DNA from: an uncultured Pseudomonadota bacterium
GTDB lineage: Bacteria > Myxococcota_A > Polyangia > Fen-1088
Length of the DNA: 64,000 nucleotides
NCBI GenBank assembly: GCA_963847705.1
Contig: CAWKBC010000030.1
Location: forward strand, 96,001-160,000
Direction: 5' to 3'
A program made the position numbers and the translations under genes. The notes under the pieces are model-generated. The model was given only the letters and a program-made list of their open reading frames with translations, was not told the origin of the DNA and made no database searches. Below, in pieces: positions 9,075-18,193 of the stretch (position 1 is the stretch's first letter; the number at the start of each line of letters is the position of its first letter).

Positions 9075-9683
9075 CTATTCTACGACCACGACGTCTCCGT
9101 CCTGCAGACGGAAACCTATCGCGTGCGGCTCGGCGGCCGTCAGATCGGCGGCGCGGAAACGGATCCGTTGGACCGTCGTTCCCTCGGTCCGGATCACGAA
9201 GATCCGGTCCTTGTTGGCGAACTCGCTCAACCAACCCGCCGTCGCCAGCGCCGCCATCACCCCGCGGCTTCGCGTCAGCTCGTACGCGCCGGGGACCTTG
9301 ACCTCACCGACGACGTGCACCCGAACCGCTGCGATCTTGAGGATGGCAACCGTCACCTCCGGTTTCACCAGCACGCCGGTGAGGCTGGTTTCGAGCTCGG
9401 CAACCACCGTCCCGGTGGTCTTGCCACCGACGCTGACGGCCCCCACGGTCGGCTGGGGATAGTCGCCGCGATCGCCCACCAGGAACTCGCCCGAGAGCGC
9501 TGGCTGATTCTTCACGGTGACCAGAATCGTGTCGCGGGGCTCGATCGTCGAGCTGTCGGTCGGAGCGACCGGCAGATCTTGGACCCAGCGGAACGCGTGC
9601 TCCGTGACGCACCCGAGCGCCGCGGAGCCCAACGTCAAGGTGACGACCAACGCGATCCTGACGGCGGATCTCTCGCCCATCAA
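9075..9683 (-). CDS. Short OPX (Wza-family) polysaccharide export lipoprotein, Poly_export plus one SLBB domain
   Basis: Lipobox ALGC; IEPRDTILVTV..PTVGAVSVGGKT; VHVVGEVKVPGAY..ALATAGW..LQDGDVVVVE; no C-terminal OM helix. Confidence 0.9.
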   Translation of the reverse strand: MMGERSAVRIALVVTLTLGSAALGCVTEHAFRWVQDLPVAPTDSSTIEPRDTILVTVKNQPALSGEFLVGDRGDYPQPTVGAVSVGGKTTGTVVAELETSLTGVLVKPEVTVAILKIAAVRVHVVGEVKVPGAYELTRSRGVMAALATAGWLSEFANKDRIFVIRTEGTTVQRIRFRAADLTAAEPHAIGFRLQDGDVVVVE

Positions 9684-11611
9684 AACTTTCGACCGACCGG
9701 GCGCTTGCGACGGGTCCGGGCCCCGGGGACGAAAATGGCCTCAGCAGCCAAGGTCTTGGCGATGATCCGCTCGGCCTCCCGGCCTGCAATTCCCAGGGCA
9801 GCGGCCAGGATTCCCAGAAAGAGGCCCAGTCCCCCTCGCATGGCGAGGGTGCTCCTGTTGCGCGAGCGCTCCAAACGGATGGGCGAGACATCGAAGCGGG
9901 ACTCTGCAGAGACCTTCTCGAGGTTCAGCTGAATCTCGGCCTGCTTGAGCTTCGCAAACAGATCGGTGTGAAACTGCATCGTCGCTTCTTGCCGGTGGTC
10001 CAGGTCTGACAGGTGTTGCTCGACCCGCGGCAGGTCGCGCACCACCCGCTGAACCTGGCCCAGGTTCTTCTCGACGTCAGAAAGGTTGGCGCGCGTCGCG
10101 GCGACCTGGGTCCGCAGCTTCTCTGCGTTCGAGCGCGCCAGCTGATAGTTGGGGTCGGACTCGCGACTCAAGGGGGAGGTCGGTGATTGAAGCTCGTCCT
10201 TGATCAGCGTCTCCAGGCGTTGCTTTTGGTCCTTGAGAGCCAGGACTTCCGGATGACCTTCCCCGAGCCCGCGGCCGTAGGCCTCGGTCAGCTTGCGATT
10301 CACCTCGGTCAGCGACTGCCGGTAAGACTCCGAATACTGAAACTTCCGCTGGGCTTCGGGTCTATTGGTCTTCAGCTGATCCTCCGCCGCCGCCAGCTCG
10401 CCCTCGAGTTGGTGAAGCTGAGACGACAGCTCGGTCCGGCGGGTCTCCAGATCGAATCGGCTGGAGTGCGTCTGCTGAGAGTCTTCCGGGAGCCGATCCG
10501 CGTTCTCTTCTCGATAGCTCGCCCTCTCGTTGCTGACCCGGTCGACGTCGCCTTCCACCGTCTTCAACTGGTCGCGAAGGAAGTCCGCCTTGGCGCTGAG
10601 CTCCCGGACCGACCGCGCGATCTCTGCCTGCACGTAGTCCCTGATGTGGAGCGCCAGGAACTCCTGGGGCGAAGGCTGCGCCGAGGCCCTGTCTTTGTAC
10701 GTGACCCGGAACGTGTGATCGCCGATCTCATCCACCTTGAAGCGGCTGGCCATCGAGGTGACGTGGGCATCCGTCAGATCCTGGACGTTGAGCTTCTTGA
10801 GGGTGGTTCGAAGCAGATCGGCCTGGGTCATGGCGCGCTCTGCACCCTTCGCAAACAGGGTCGAGTCGCGCTCACTGTTCTGCCACGGGTCCTCGTTCGG
10901 GCTGGCGGAGAGCGTCATGTGCGGCATCAGCTTGACCTCGGACACCGCAGCGACGCCCGGAGGAACCACGAAGAGCGACATGATTCCCAGCAGGGCGCCG
11001 GCGAGAGCGAAAGCGCCTATGAAGAGGCTGCGTTCGCGGACGAAATGGTAGGCGGCGACCGCCTTGCGCAGCATGTCGGCCAGCGACGGACCGTCCGCAT
11101 CATCCTCTCCCCGCTCGCGAGGGCGAACGGGCTCGCCCGCCAGAGGGGGGACGATGGTCGGGACCAGCATCGCGCCCTTCATGGGGGCTCGCATGATCCG
11201 ATCGGGGAGCCGAACGGTCGCGCTGGTCGGTCGATCGAGGAGAAACATGAACTCGACGTTCCCGACCGTCACCTGGTCACCGTTGCGCAGCTGCGATCGA
11301 GAGGTGCGCTTTCCAGCGACGAAGGTCCCGTTCGTGGAGTCCAGGTCGACGATCTCGAAGCCCTGGCTGTTCTGCATGATCCGGGCGTGGTGCGAAGAGA
11401 CGGAAGCATCGGCGATGCTCACCTCCGCCTCGTCCGCCCTTCCCAGCAGCACGGAGCTGGTCTTGATCGCGTAGATCCGTTGCGGGTGCTCGCCCACGAA
11501 GAGCACCACGTACGCCAGCGCCTTCTCGGAGCGGACCGCCTGTCCCAACTCGGAATCGAGACCACCGCCCATCCCCGGCTCGCTGCTATCTGACGCCCTC
11601 TCCCCGGCCAT
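9680..11611 (-). CDS. Polysaccharide co-polymerase (Wzc/GumC-like) with an N-terminal FHA domain and no BY-kinase domain
   Basis: FHA (LLGR..SVSSHHA..DLDSTNGTFV..LRNGDQVTVG), TM1, long periplasmic coiled coil (NADRLPE, LGEGHPEV), TM2, short basic tail. ATG 11611 preferred over 11653. Confidence 0.88.
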   Translation of the reverse strand: MAGERASDSSEPGMGGGLDSELGQAVRSEKALAYVVLFVGEHPQRIYAIKTSSVLLGRADEAEVSIADASVSSHHARIMQNSQGFEIVDLDSTNGTFVAGKRTSRSQLRNGDQVTVGNVEFMFLLDRPTSATVRLPDRIMRAPMKGAMLVPTIVPPLAGEPVRPRERGEDDADGPSLADMLRKAVAAYHFVRERSLFIGAFALAGALLGIMSLFVVPPGVAAVSEVKLMPHMTLSASPNEDPWQNSERDSTLFAKGAERAMTQADLLRTTLKKLNVQDLTDAHVTSMASRFKVDEIGDHTFRVTYKDRASAQPSPQEFLALHIRDYVQAEIARSVRELSAKADFLRDQLKTVEGDVDRVSNERASYREENADRLPEDSQQTHSSRFDLETRRTELSSQLHQLEGELAAAEDQLKTNRPEAQRKFQYSESYRQSLTEVNRKLTEAYGRGLGEGHPEVLALKDQKQRLETLIKDELQSPTSPLSRESDPNYQLARSNAEKLRTQVAATRANLSDVEKNLGQVQRVVRDLPRVEQHLSDLDHRQEATMQFHTDLFAKLKQAEIQLNLEKVSAESRFDVSPIRLERSRNRSTLAMRGGLGLFLGILAAALGIAGREAERIIAKTLAAEAIFVPGARTRRKRPVGRKF

Positions 11612-11709
11612 TGTTTGGACAACCGCGTTCCAGTGAAGGACGAGTTTTAGCACATCCGCCGGCCGATCTCAAAGGCACCACGCCGCGTCAGGCGGGCGTG
11701 CAGGGCGGG

Positions 11710-13275
11710 TCAGCCGCCCGGCGTCGACGATACGGCATGCCGGTGAGATGCCTTCACCGCGTGCCGAGCGATCCCGACGGTGAGCAGCGCCGCAAGAACT
11801 CCCAGCGCCACCGACAGCGAGATGATGAGCGTTCGGCGCCTGTCGAATCGGCTCGTCGGCTCCGAGCTGATGCTGCGCCCGGGGATGACCATCGTCTGGG
11901 CGAAATTCTTTCCGCTGGGCGTCGGCTGGGGCTCCGGCACCGACAGAGGCATCGCGACCGTGGGTGGCAACCCCGTGGCGGCCTGCTGCGCCAGGTCCAC
12001 ACGGCGTCGAACGACCTCGTCTGTCCCCGAGAGCTCGCGGCGGACAAACGCCCCCACCGCCGTCGATGGCGCGATCAGGTCGTTGTTGAATCCGACCTTG
12101 AGGAGGGCCTGGGCCATCTCTTCGGCGCTGGCGTAGCGACCTTCTCGGGGACGACTGAGCGCCCGCAGACAGATCTCGTCGAAACAGGCCGGGGCCCCGT
12201 GGACGCTGGGAGGCGTGATCTCCTTGCGCAAGACGTTCGCGATGATCTGTTCGTAGCTGTCGGCCGAAAACAGCGCCTGGCCGGTGAGCGCCGTCCACAT
12301 CACCACACCGACGGCGAAGATGTCGGTGCGGGCGTCCAGCGGTTCCACGTACAGCTGCTCGGGGGCCATGAAGGCGGGTTTGCCGAGGTTCGTGGGATCG
12401 GCCTGCCCGGTCTCCCCGAGCGCGGTGAAGCGGGCGCTGCCGAAATCCGTCAGTCGGGCCACCCCGTCCGTCCCGACCAGGATGTTGGGCGGGGAGACGT
12501 CGCCGTGGACGAGCCCGAGCCACTTCCCCTCCTCGTCCGAGAGCTCGTGGGCGCTCTGGAGGCCGCGCAGCAGATCGAGGAGCACGCTCACCAGGATGTC
12601 CGGCGGGACGGGGCGGCCGAATGAGAGCTCCTCCAGGTTGGTCCCCTCGACGAACTGCAGCACGAGGTAGGGCTGGTTCTTGTAGGTGCCCACGTCGACC
12701 ACCGATTGGGTGTTGGGGTGATCGAGCCAGCTTCCCACCTGAACTTCCCGGATGAAGGATCTCTCGGCCGCCTGCTCCTGCCCCGAGTCCTGACGGACGA
12801 CCTTGATGGCAAACAGGCGCCGAAAGCCCACCGCGCCGGTGCGGCGCCCCGCGTACACCGACCCCATTCCCCCCTGGCCGAGCCGCGCCGAGACCTCATA
12901 GGGTCCGAGCTGGAAGAGAGCCTCTGCGCCCTTGCCACGGATGGTGACTTCCTTTGCCTCGACCGGAACCAACACCCGACGGCTGCAGAGCCTCCGCAGG
13001 GATCGGATCGTCGCCTCTTCCGAGAGGCCAGAGAGTCCCGCCAGGCGGGCGACCGATAATCGGCCATCGACCAGGCCCAGCAGGAGGCGCTCCTCGGCCC
13101 GGAGGCTCGGCAAGACGACGGATCCACCCGCCACGGCGAGCCCGGACGACAACTCACGCTCGCCGTCCGCGGTCGGCCGGTCCGCCCTGGCAATGACCCG
13201 CTGAGAGACCGTGAGGACCGTGGTGCGCCGGAGAACCGGACCACCTGGGTCGTCTTCTCTCACTGGTTGCGGCAC
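11710..13275 (-). CDS. Membrane-anchored Hanks-type Ser/Thr protein kinase with an N-terminal wHTH-like domain
   Basis: LGQGGMGSVY, FAIK, VHGDVSPPNIL, DFG, FMAPEQ, TDIFAVG; C-terminal TM with a tail of about 20 aa. Confidence 0.93.
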   Translation of the reverse strand: MPQPVREDDPGGPVLRRTTVLTVSQRVIARADRPTADGERELSSGLAVAGGSVVLPSLRAEERLLLGLVDGRLSVARLAGLSGLSEEATIRSLRRLCSRRVLVPVEAKEVTIRGKGAEALFQLGPYEVSARLGQGGMGSVYAGRRTGAVGFRRLFAIKVVRQDSGQEQAAERSFIREVQVGSWLDHPNTQSVVDVGTYKNQPYLVLQFVEGTNLEELSFGRPVPPDILVSVLLDLLRGLQSAHELSDEEGKWLGLVHGDVSPPNILVGTDGVARLTDFGSARFTALGETGQADPTNLGKPAFMAPEQLYVEPLDARTDIFAVGVVMWTALTGQALFSADSYEQIIANVLRKEITPPSVHGAPACFDEICLRALSRPREGRYASAEEMAQALLKVGFNNDLIAPSTAVGAFVRRELSGTDEVVRRRVDLAQQAATGLPPTVAMPLSVPEPQPTPSGKNFAQTMVIPGRSISSEPTSRFDRRRTLIISLSVALGVLAALLTVGIARHAVKASHRHAVSSTPGG

Positions 13276-13417
13276 TCCGTAGCCCCCCCTCTTCGCCGGA
13301 GCGATCGAATGTCTTGCTCAGCGGCTTCTATCATATGTTATGAAATCCTGCGACAGCGAGACAAACCCAGACCGTTACGTTTCATCCCCGAGAGCTCGAC
13401 TTTTCGAAAGTGGCGCA

Positions 13418-14437
13418 ATGATTGACGTGGCAACGATCGTCGTGAACTACCGCACCCCAGCGGCGACGATCGACGCGGTCGCGGCGCTCGGCAAGGACCT
13501 CGACCGGCTGGAGAATCCGCTGGTGGTCGTGGTCGACAACGACTCCGGCGACGGTTCTGCAGAGCTGCTCGAAAAGGCGTTTTCCGAAACGAAATGGGCT
13601 GGTCGCGTGGTTGTCGTTCCCTCCGGGCACAATGGTGGATTTGGAAGCGGCGTCAACGTAGGCGTTCAACATGTTCTGAAATCGTTCGGCGCAGCTCGCT
13701 ATTTTTACATTCTAAATCCAGATGCAACGATCGATCCGGGTGCCCTCAACGCGCTTGTTTCATTCATGGCCGATCACCCCGACGCCGGGCTGGTGGGAAA
13801 CCTGGTGCGCAACACGGAGGGCGCGGGCGAGATCAGAGCCTTCCGGTTCCCTTCGATCTGGGGCGACCTGGAGGCAAGCGCAAACCTCGGTCTGCTCTCC
13901 CGGCTGCTTCACAACCACCGGGTGTCCATCAACCCCAGCGCCTCCTGCGAGGTGGATTGGGTGTCCGGTGTCAGCATGTTGTTCCGAGGCGAAGTGTTTT
14001 CGACCGTGGGCTTCTTCGATGAAGCCTACTTTCTCTACTTCGAGGAGATCGACTTCGCCAAACGAACGCGACAGGCGGGCTGGAAGACGTATTTCGTCGC
14101 CGACGTCGGGGTCGACCACATCGGAGCGCTCTCCACCGGCCTGAAGGACGAGTCCCGGCCCATGCCCCGGTATTGGTTCGAGTCGCGTCGTCGATACTTC
14201 GTGAAACATCACGGGCGTTTCTACGCCGCCGCCTGTGATGCAGCCTGGCTCTTCGGGCACGCGATCCTCAGGCTCAAGGGGAGCTTGCCGCGCCACCGCG
14301 AGACCTTCCGGCCAAACATTGGTCGTGACTTTCTCCGCTTCAGTCTGGCCAATGTCTTCAAGCCGGCGCCTGAAGCAGAGCAGTCAAAGGGGAGGGGCCC
14401 GTCTCATCGCGCGGCCCCCGACCAGGTCTCCGGCTAA
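13418..14437 (+). CDS. GT2 glycosyltransferase (rhamnosyltransferase-like)
   Basis: IVVNYRT, VVVDNDSGD, NGGFGSGVN, LNPD, DWVSG, FDEAYFLYFEEIDF. Confidence 0.9.
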   Translation: MIDVATIVVNYRTPAATIDAVAALGKDLDRLENPLVVVVDNDSGDGSAELLEKAFSETKWAGRVVVVPSGHNGGFGSGVNVGVQHVLKSFGAARYFYILNPDATIDPGALNALVSFMADHPDAGLVGNLVRNTEGAGEIRAFRFPSIWGDLEASANLGLLSRLLHNHRVSINPSASCEVDWVSGVSMLFRGEVFSTVGFFDEAYFLYFEEIDFAKRTRQAGWKTYFVADVGVDHIGALSTGLKDESRPMPRYWFESRRRYFVKHHGRFYAAACDAAWLFGHAILRLKGSLPRHRETFRPNIGRDFLRFSLANVFKPAPEAEQSKGRGPSHRAAPDQVSG

Positions 14438-14453
14438 CCGGGCTGTTTCGAGG

Positions 14454-15476
14454 TCACCGGTCGGTCACCGTTCCGGTGGTGGCGGGTCCCTTGTATTCGA
14501 TCAGATTCGATTGGCGGCCGCCGACCCGGCGAATCCAGTAGAGCGCCTGTCCGAGCATCTGGGGGACCTTCCCGATCGTGCAGAAGAGAGCGTAAAGGGC
14601 CGAATCCCGAGGGGAGAGACCGCGCAACCGCGAGGAGCGATAGATGCGAGCGGCGAGAACCCCGTAGGCGGCGAGGAGACCAAGCCCGAGCCCGCCGGTC
14701 GGTACCGCCAGCCCCAGCGCGAGGCCGGGAAGGACCAGCCCCCAGAGCCAGTTGCTTCGGACCTCCCGCACCCAGTGGTGCTCGGGTTCATGCCCGTGAC
14801 GGGCGGCGCCTTCCGCGTAGGCGTGACCGGCCCGGACCCCGCGCTTCCACCATTGCCGGAATTGCGTCATCGCCACGTCGTGAAGCGTCATCCCGGCGTC
14901 GATCCGCCAGATCTTCCAACCGAGACGCCGCAACCGGAGGCAGAGATCCGGCTCCTCGCCCGCGATGAGCGAGGGATCGAAGCCGCCGACGGCGCGCAAC
15001 GCGTCGACCCGCATGAGCGCGTCGCCGCCGCACGCGCTCACCAACCCGAACGGGGAGACGTTCCACTCGAGATCGCACAGGCGGTTGTAGATCGATCGGT
15101 CGGGGTAGCGCTCTTGCCGCCGGCCGCAGACGACGCCGAAGTGGGCATCGGCTGCAAACTCGCGCTCGGCCCGCTCCAGCCACCCGGCGGCCACCTCGCA
15201 GTCACCATCCACGAACTGGACGAGCTCCAGCGTGGGAACGGCTTCCAGGAGGCTCGCCAGCCCGGCGTTTCGGGCGCGCGCCGCCGTGAAGGGCACCGCG
15301 CGATCGAGCTCGACCACCCCCACCCCCATCGCCCGGGCCAGCTCCACGCTGCCGTCGGTCGAGCCGGAGTCGACGTAGATGACCGCCGCCACCCGACCGA
15401 CCAGCGAGGAGAGGCAGGTCCGCAGCCGTTCGCCCTCGTTTCGCCCGATCGCGACGGCCCCGACCTGGGGAGTCAC
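14454..15476 (-). CDS. GT2 glycosyltransferase
   Basis: GTG 15476 overlaps the upstream stop; AIGRNEGERL, YVDSGSTDGS, ARARN, QFVDGD, IAGEEPDLC. Confidence 0.9.
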   Translation of the reverse strand: MTPQVGAVAIGRNEGERLRTCLSSLVGRVAAVIYVDSGSTDGSVELARAMGVGVVELDRAVPFTAARARNAGLASLLEAVPTLELVQFVDGDCEVAAGWLERAEREFAADAHFGVVCGRRQERYPDRSIYNRLCDLEWNVSPFGLVSACGGDALMRVDALRAVGGFDPSLIAGEEPDLCLRLRRLGWKIWRIDAGMTLHDVAMTQFRQWWKRGVRAGHAYAEGAARHGHEPEHHWVREVRSNWLWGLVLPGLALGLAVPTGGLGLGLLAAYGVLAARIYRSSRLRGLSPRDSALYALFCTIGKVPQMLGQALYWIRRVGGRQSNLIEYKGPATTGTVTDR

Positions 15477-16018
15477 GACGCCTTGTCCGCGGTCGTTCCG
15501 CCCCGCACCACCCGCGCCGGGACGCCCAGGGCCACCGCACCGGCCGGGATGTCGTCGCAAACCACGGCGTTCGCGCCGATCGTCGCCCCATCGCCGATGT
15601 GAACCGACCCCAGCACCTTGGCGCCCGCGCCGACCGACACCCGGCTCCCCAGGCGGGGGGCCTCGAGAGGTCGGTCGGAACGGCGGTTCCCCAGCGTGAC
15701 GTCTTGTCGGATGATGCAGTCGTCGCCGATCTCGGCGTGGCCGTGGATGACGATTCCGCTCTGGTGCTCGATGATGACCCGCCGACCGACGCGCGCCGTG
15801 TACGGCAGCTCGATCCCGTAGAGATTGCGAACGCTTCGGAAGAGCACGCGATAAAGTACACTGAGGGGCGCCCGGAGAACCTTGGGGCCGATCCCCATCC
15901 GCCAAGTGCCGAACCGATGGACAGCCAATGCCTGGAAACCGGGACGTGTGACGTCACGATCGTGCGCTTCCCAGTCCTCGACGATCTGGGTGATCAGGCT
16001 GAGTCCCATGAAATTCAC
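15473..16018 (-). CDS. CysE/WcaB-like left-handed beta-helix O-acetyltransferase
   Basis: YGIELP..IEHQSGIVIH..IGDD..QDVTLG..GAGAKVLG..IGANAVV..GVPAR. Confidence 0.88.
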   Translation of the reverse strand: MNFMGLSLITQIVEDWEAHDRDVTRPGFQALAVHRFGTWRMGIGPKVLRAPLSVLYRVLFRSVRNLYGIELPYTARVGRRVIIEHQSGIVIHGHAEIGDDCIIRQDVTLGNRRSDRPLEAPRLGSRVSVGAGAKVLGSVHIGDGATIGANAVVCDDIPAGAVALGVPARVVRGGTTADKAS

Positions 16019-16071
16019 ACCTCGTTTCTCCGTTCATAACATGGCTGGACCCGAAGCCTGATGGGCACATT

Positions 16072-17268
16072 TTGCTAGAGGCGTTCCTCTCCGCGCTGGG
16101 CGTGGCGCTGCTGTTGCCGGCTGTCGTGCTGCTCATGGAGACGGCGGCGGCCTTCCTGCCGGCGCGCCGCCGGATCCAGCACGATGCCACCGTCACTCCG
16201 CGCGTCGTCGTCCTCGTGCCTGCGCACAACGAAGCGGCGCAGATCGCGGAGACGGTGGGCGCGCTGGTCCAGGACCTGCCGGCTCAGGGGACCGTCCTCG
16301 TCGTCGCCGACAACTGCGCGGACGAGACCGCGGCCCTGGCGAGAGGCGCCGGGGCGACGGTCATCGAGCGCCAGGATCTGTCGCGCGTGGGCAAGGGATT
16401 CGCGATCTCGAAGGGGCTCGAGCATCTTGCCGAGTTGCCTCCCGACGTGGTGGTCATCTTCGACGCCGACTGCCGGATCTCGGAGGGCGGCGTCGCCACT
16501 CTCGCCCGGGCGGCGGCGCGATTCCGGCGACCGGTTCAGGCCGAGTATCTGCTGGGCGCTCCGGGGATCCAGGACCCGATGGTGGTGGTGAGCGCCATGG
16601 CCGTCCTGCTCCGCAACCGAATTCGGCCGCGCGGTTTGGACCGACTGGGGTTGCCCTGCACCCTCACGGGGAGCGGCATGGCCTTCACCTGGGACGTTTT
16701 GCGCGCGGCACCGGAGACGGGCGCCAACCTGGTCGAGGATCTGGTCATGGGGATCGACCTCGCGCTGCGGGGGCACCCGGCCAAGCTGTGCTCGGAGGTC
16801 AAGGTGAACAGCGTCCTGCCGTCGAGCGGCGCCGCCAGTGTGCGGCAACGGCGTCGCTGGGAGCACGGGCATCTTCACACCCTGATGACCTACGCGCCCC
16901 GGCTGCTGGTCGCCGGGATTGTGCGCCGGCGACTGTCACTCATCGCGCTGGGCCTGGACCTGATCATCCCGCCGCTCGCCCTTCTGGTCCTGCTTCAGAC
17001 GGTCCTGCTGGGGGTGACGCTCCTCTCTTACGCGCTGAAGGCGACCTCGCTGATCCCGGTGACCCTCGTCGCGGCGGGCCTCGGTCAGGTCGTTCTGGCG
17101 GTGGCGGCCGCCTGGATCGGGTTCGGCAGACAGACGATTCGTTTTCGCCAGCTCGCCTTGATGCCGCTCTATCTGGCCCGGAAAGCTCCTTTCTATCTGG
17201 CCTTGATCCTCCGGGGCCGGCAACGGAAATGGGAGCGCACCACCCGCAAGGGTGAGCCGCCGGGCTAA
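16072..17268 (+). CDS. Membrane GT2 glycosyltransferase
   Basis: VPAHNE, VADNCAD, GKG, DAD, LVED, QRRRW, C-terminal TMs. Confidence 0.9.
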   Translation: MLEAFLSALGVALLLPAVVLLMETAAAFLPARRRIQHDATVTPRVVVLVPAHNEAAQIAETVGALVQDLPAQGTVLVVADNCADETAALARGAGATVIERQDLSRVGKGFAISKGLEHLAELPPDVVVIFDADCRISEGGVATLARAAARFRRPVQAEYLLGAPGIQDPMVVVSAMAVLLRNRIRPRGLDRLGLPCTLTGSGMAFTWDVLRAAPETGANLVEDLVMGIDLALRGHPAKLCSEVKVNSVLPSSGAASVRQRRRWEHGHLHTLMTYAPRLLVAGIVRRRLSLIALGLDLIIPPLALLVLLQTVLLGVTLLSYALKATSLIPVTLVAAGLGQVVLAVAAAWIGFGRQTIRFRQLALMPLYLARKAPFYLALILRGRQRKWERTTRKGEPPG

Positions 17269-17367
17269 GGACGAGACTGGTACCGCTCGTCGCGCTCCCT
17301 CAGGTCCGCCGGACTCCTTTTGATAAGGGCGCTCCCTTCGGATATTCTCGCCACGGTTCAGGCGGAG

Positions 17368-18120
17368 ATGATCGAACGCATTCAGATCGGCCAGGTTCCG
17401 ATCGACAAGGTGGATCTGCCGGGGACGTTGGCGGCCATCGGCGCGATGATCGATTCCCGCACGGGGGGAATGATCTTCACGCCGAACGTCGACCACATCG
17501 TGCTGGCGGAGGACGACGAGCGCTTTCGGCGGGCCTACCAGCGGGTCAGCCTTTCGCTGGTCGATGGAACACCGGTGCTCTGGGCGGCGCGTCTCCTCGG
17601 CCAACCGCTGCCAGAAAAGGTCTCGGGTTCCGATCTCGTCATTCCTCTCATGGAGCGAGCGGCCGCCAAGGGCTGGCGCGTGTTTCTCCTCGGTGGTGAG
17701 CCTCGTTCCGGGGAGGTCGCGACGATGCGGCTCAAGGAACGATTTCCGGAGCTGAAGCTCGTGGGCACGGCCGGGCCCCGGATCGATCTCCAAAGCGAAG
17801 TTGGTGAGAGGCTGGCGGTCGCCAGGCAGGTCGCCGCGACGGCGCCGGACCTGGTGCTGGTGGCGTTCGGCGCTCCCAAGCAGGAGATTTTCTGCGACGA
17901 AGCGCTCGATGTCCTCAAGCCTGCCGTCCTGGTCTGCGTCGGCGCGGGGATCGACTTCATCTCCGGCGTGGCGCGCCGGGCTCCGGCCTGGATGTCGCGT
18001 TGCGGAATCGAATGGCTGTACCGATTGGCCCACGAGCCGCGCCGGCTCGCCGGCCGCTACCTCCTGCGCGATCCGAAATTCATCCCAATCCTGCTGCGTC
18101 AGATGCGCGAGCGTCGGTAA
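17368..18120 (+). CDS. WecB/TagA/CpsF family glycosyltransferase (GT26)
   Basis: TPNVDH, DGTPV, KVSGSDL, GAPKQE, RAPAWM..EWLYRL..EPRRL..RY. Confidence 0.93.
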   Translation: MIERIQIGQVPIDKVDLPGTLAAIGAMIDSRTGGMIFTPNVDHIVLAEDDERFRRAYQRVSLSLVDGTPVLWAARLLGQPLPEKVSGSDLVIPLMERAAAKGWRVFLLGGEPRSGEVATMRLKERFPELKLVGTAGPRIDLQSEVGERLAVARQVAATAPDLVLVAFGAPKQEIFCDEALDVLKPAVLVCVGAGIDFISGVARRAPAWMSRCGIEWLYRLAHEPRRLAGRYLLRDPKFIPILLRQMRERR

Positions 18121-18193
18121 CGTGGGCGATGTCCGGGAAGCATCGTCATCGAGATTCGCTCGGGCATCGGATATCATCGGCTAGAAACAGGTC

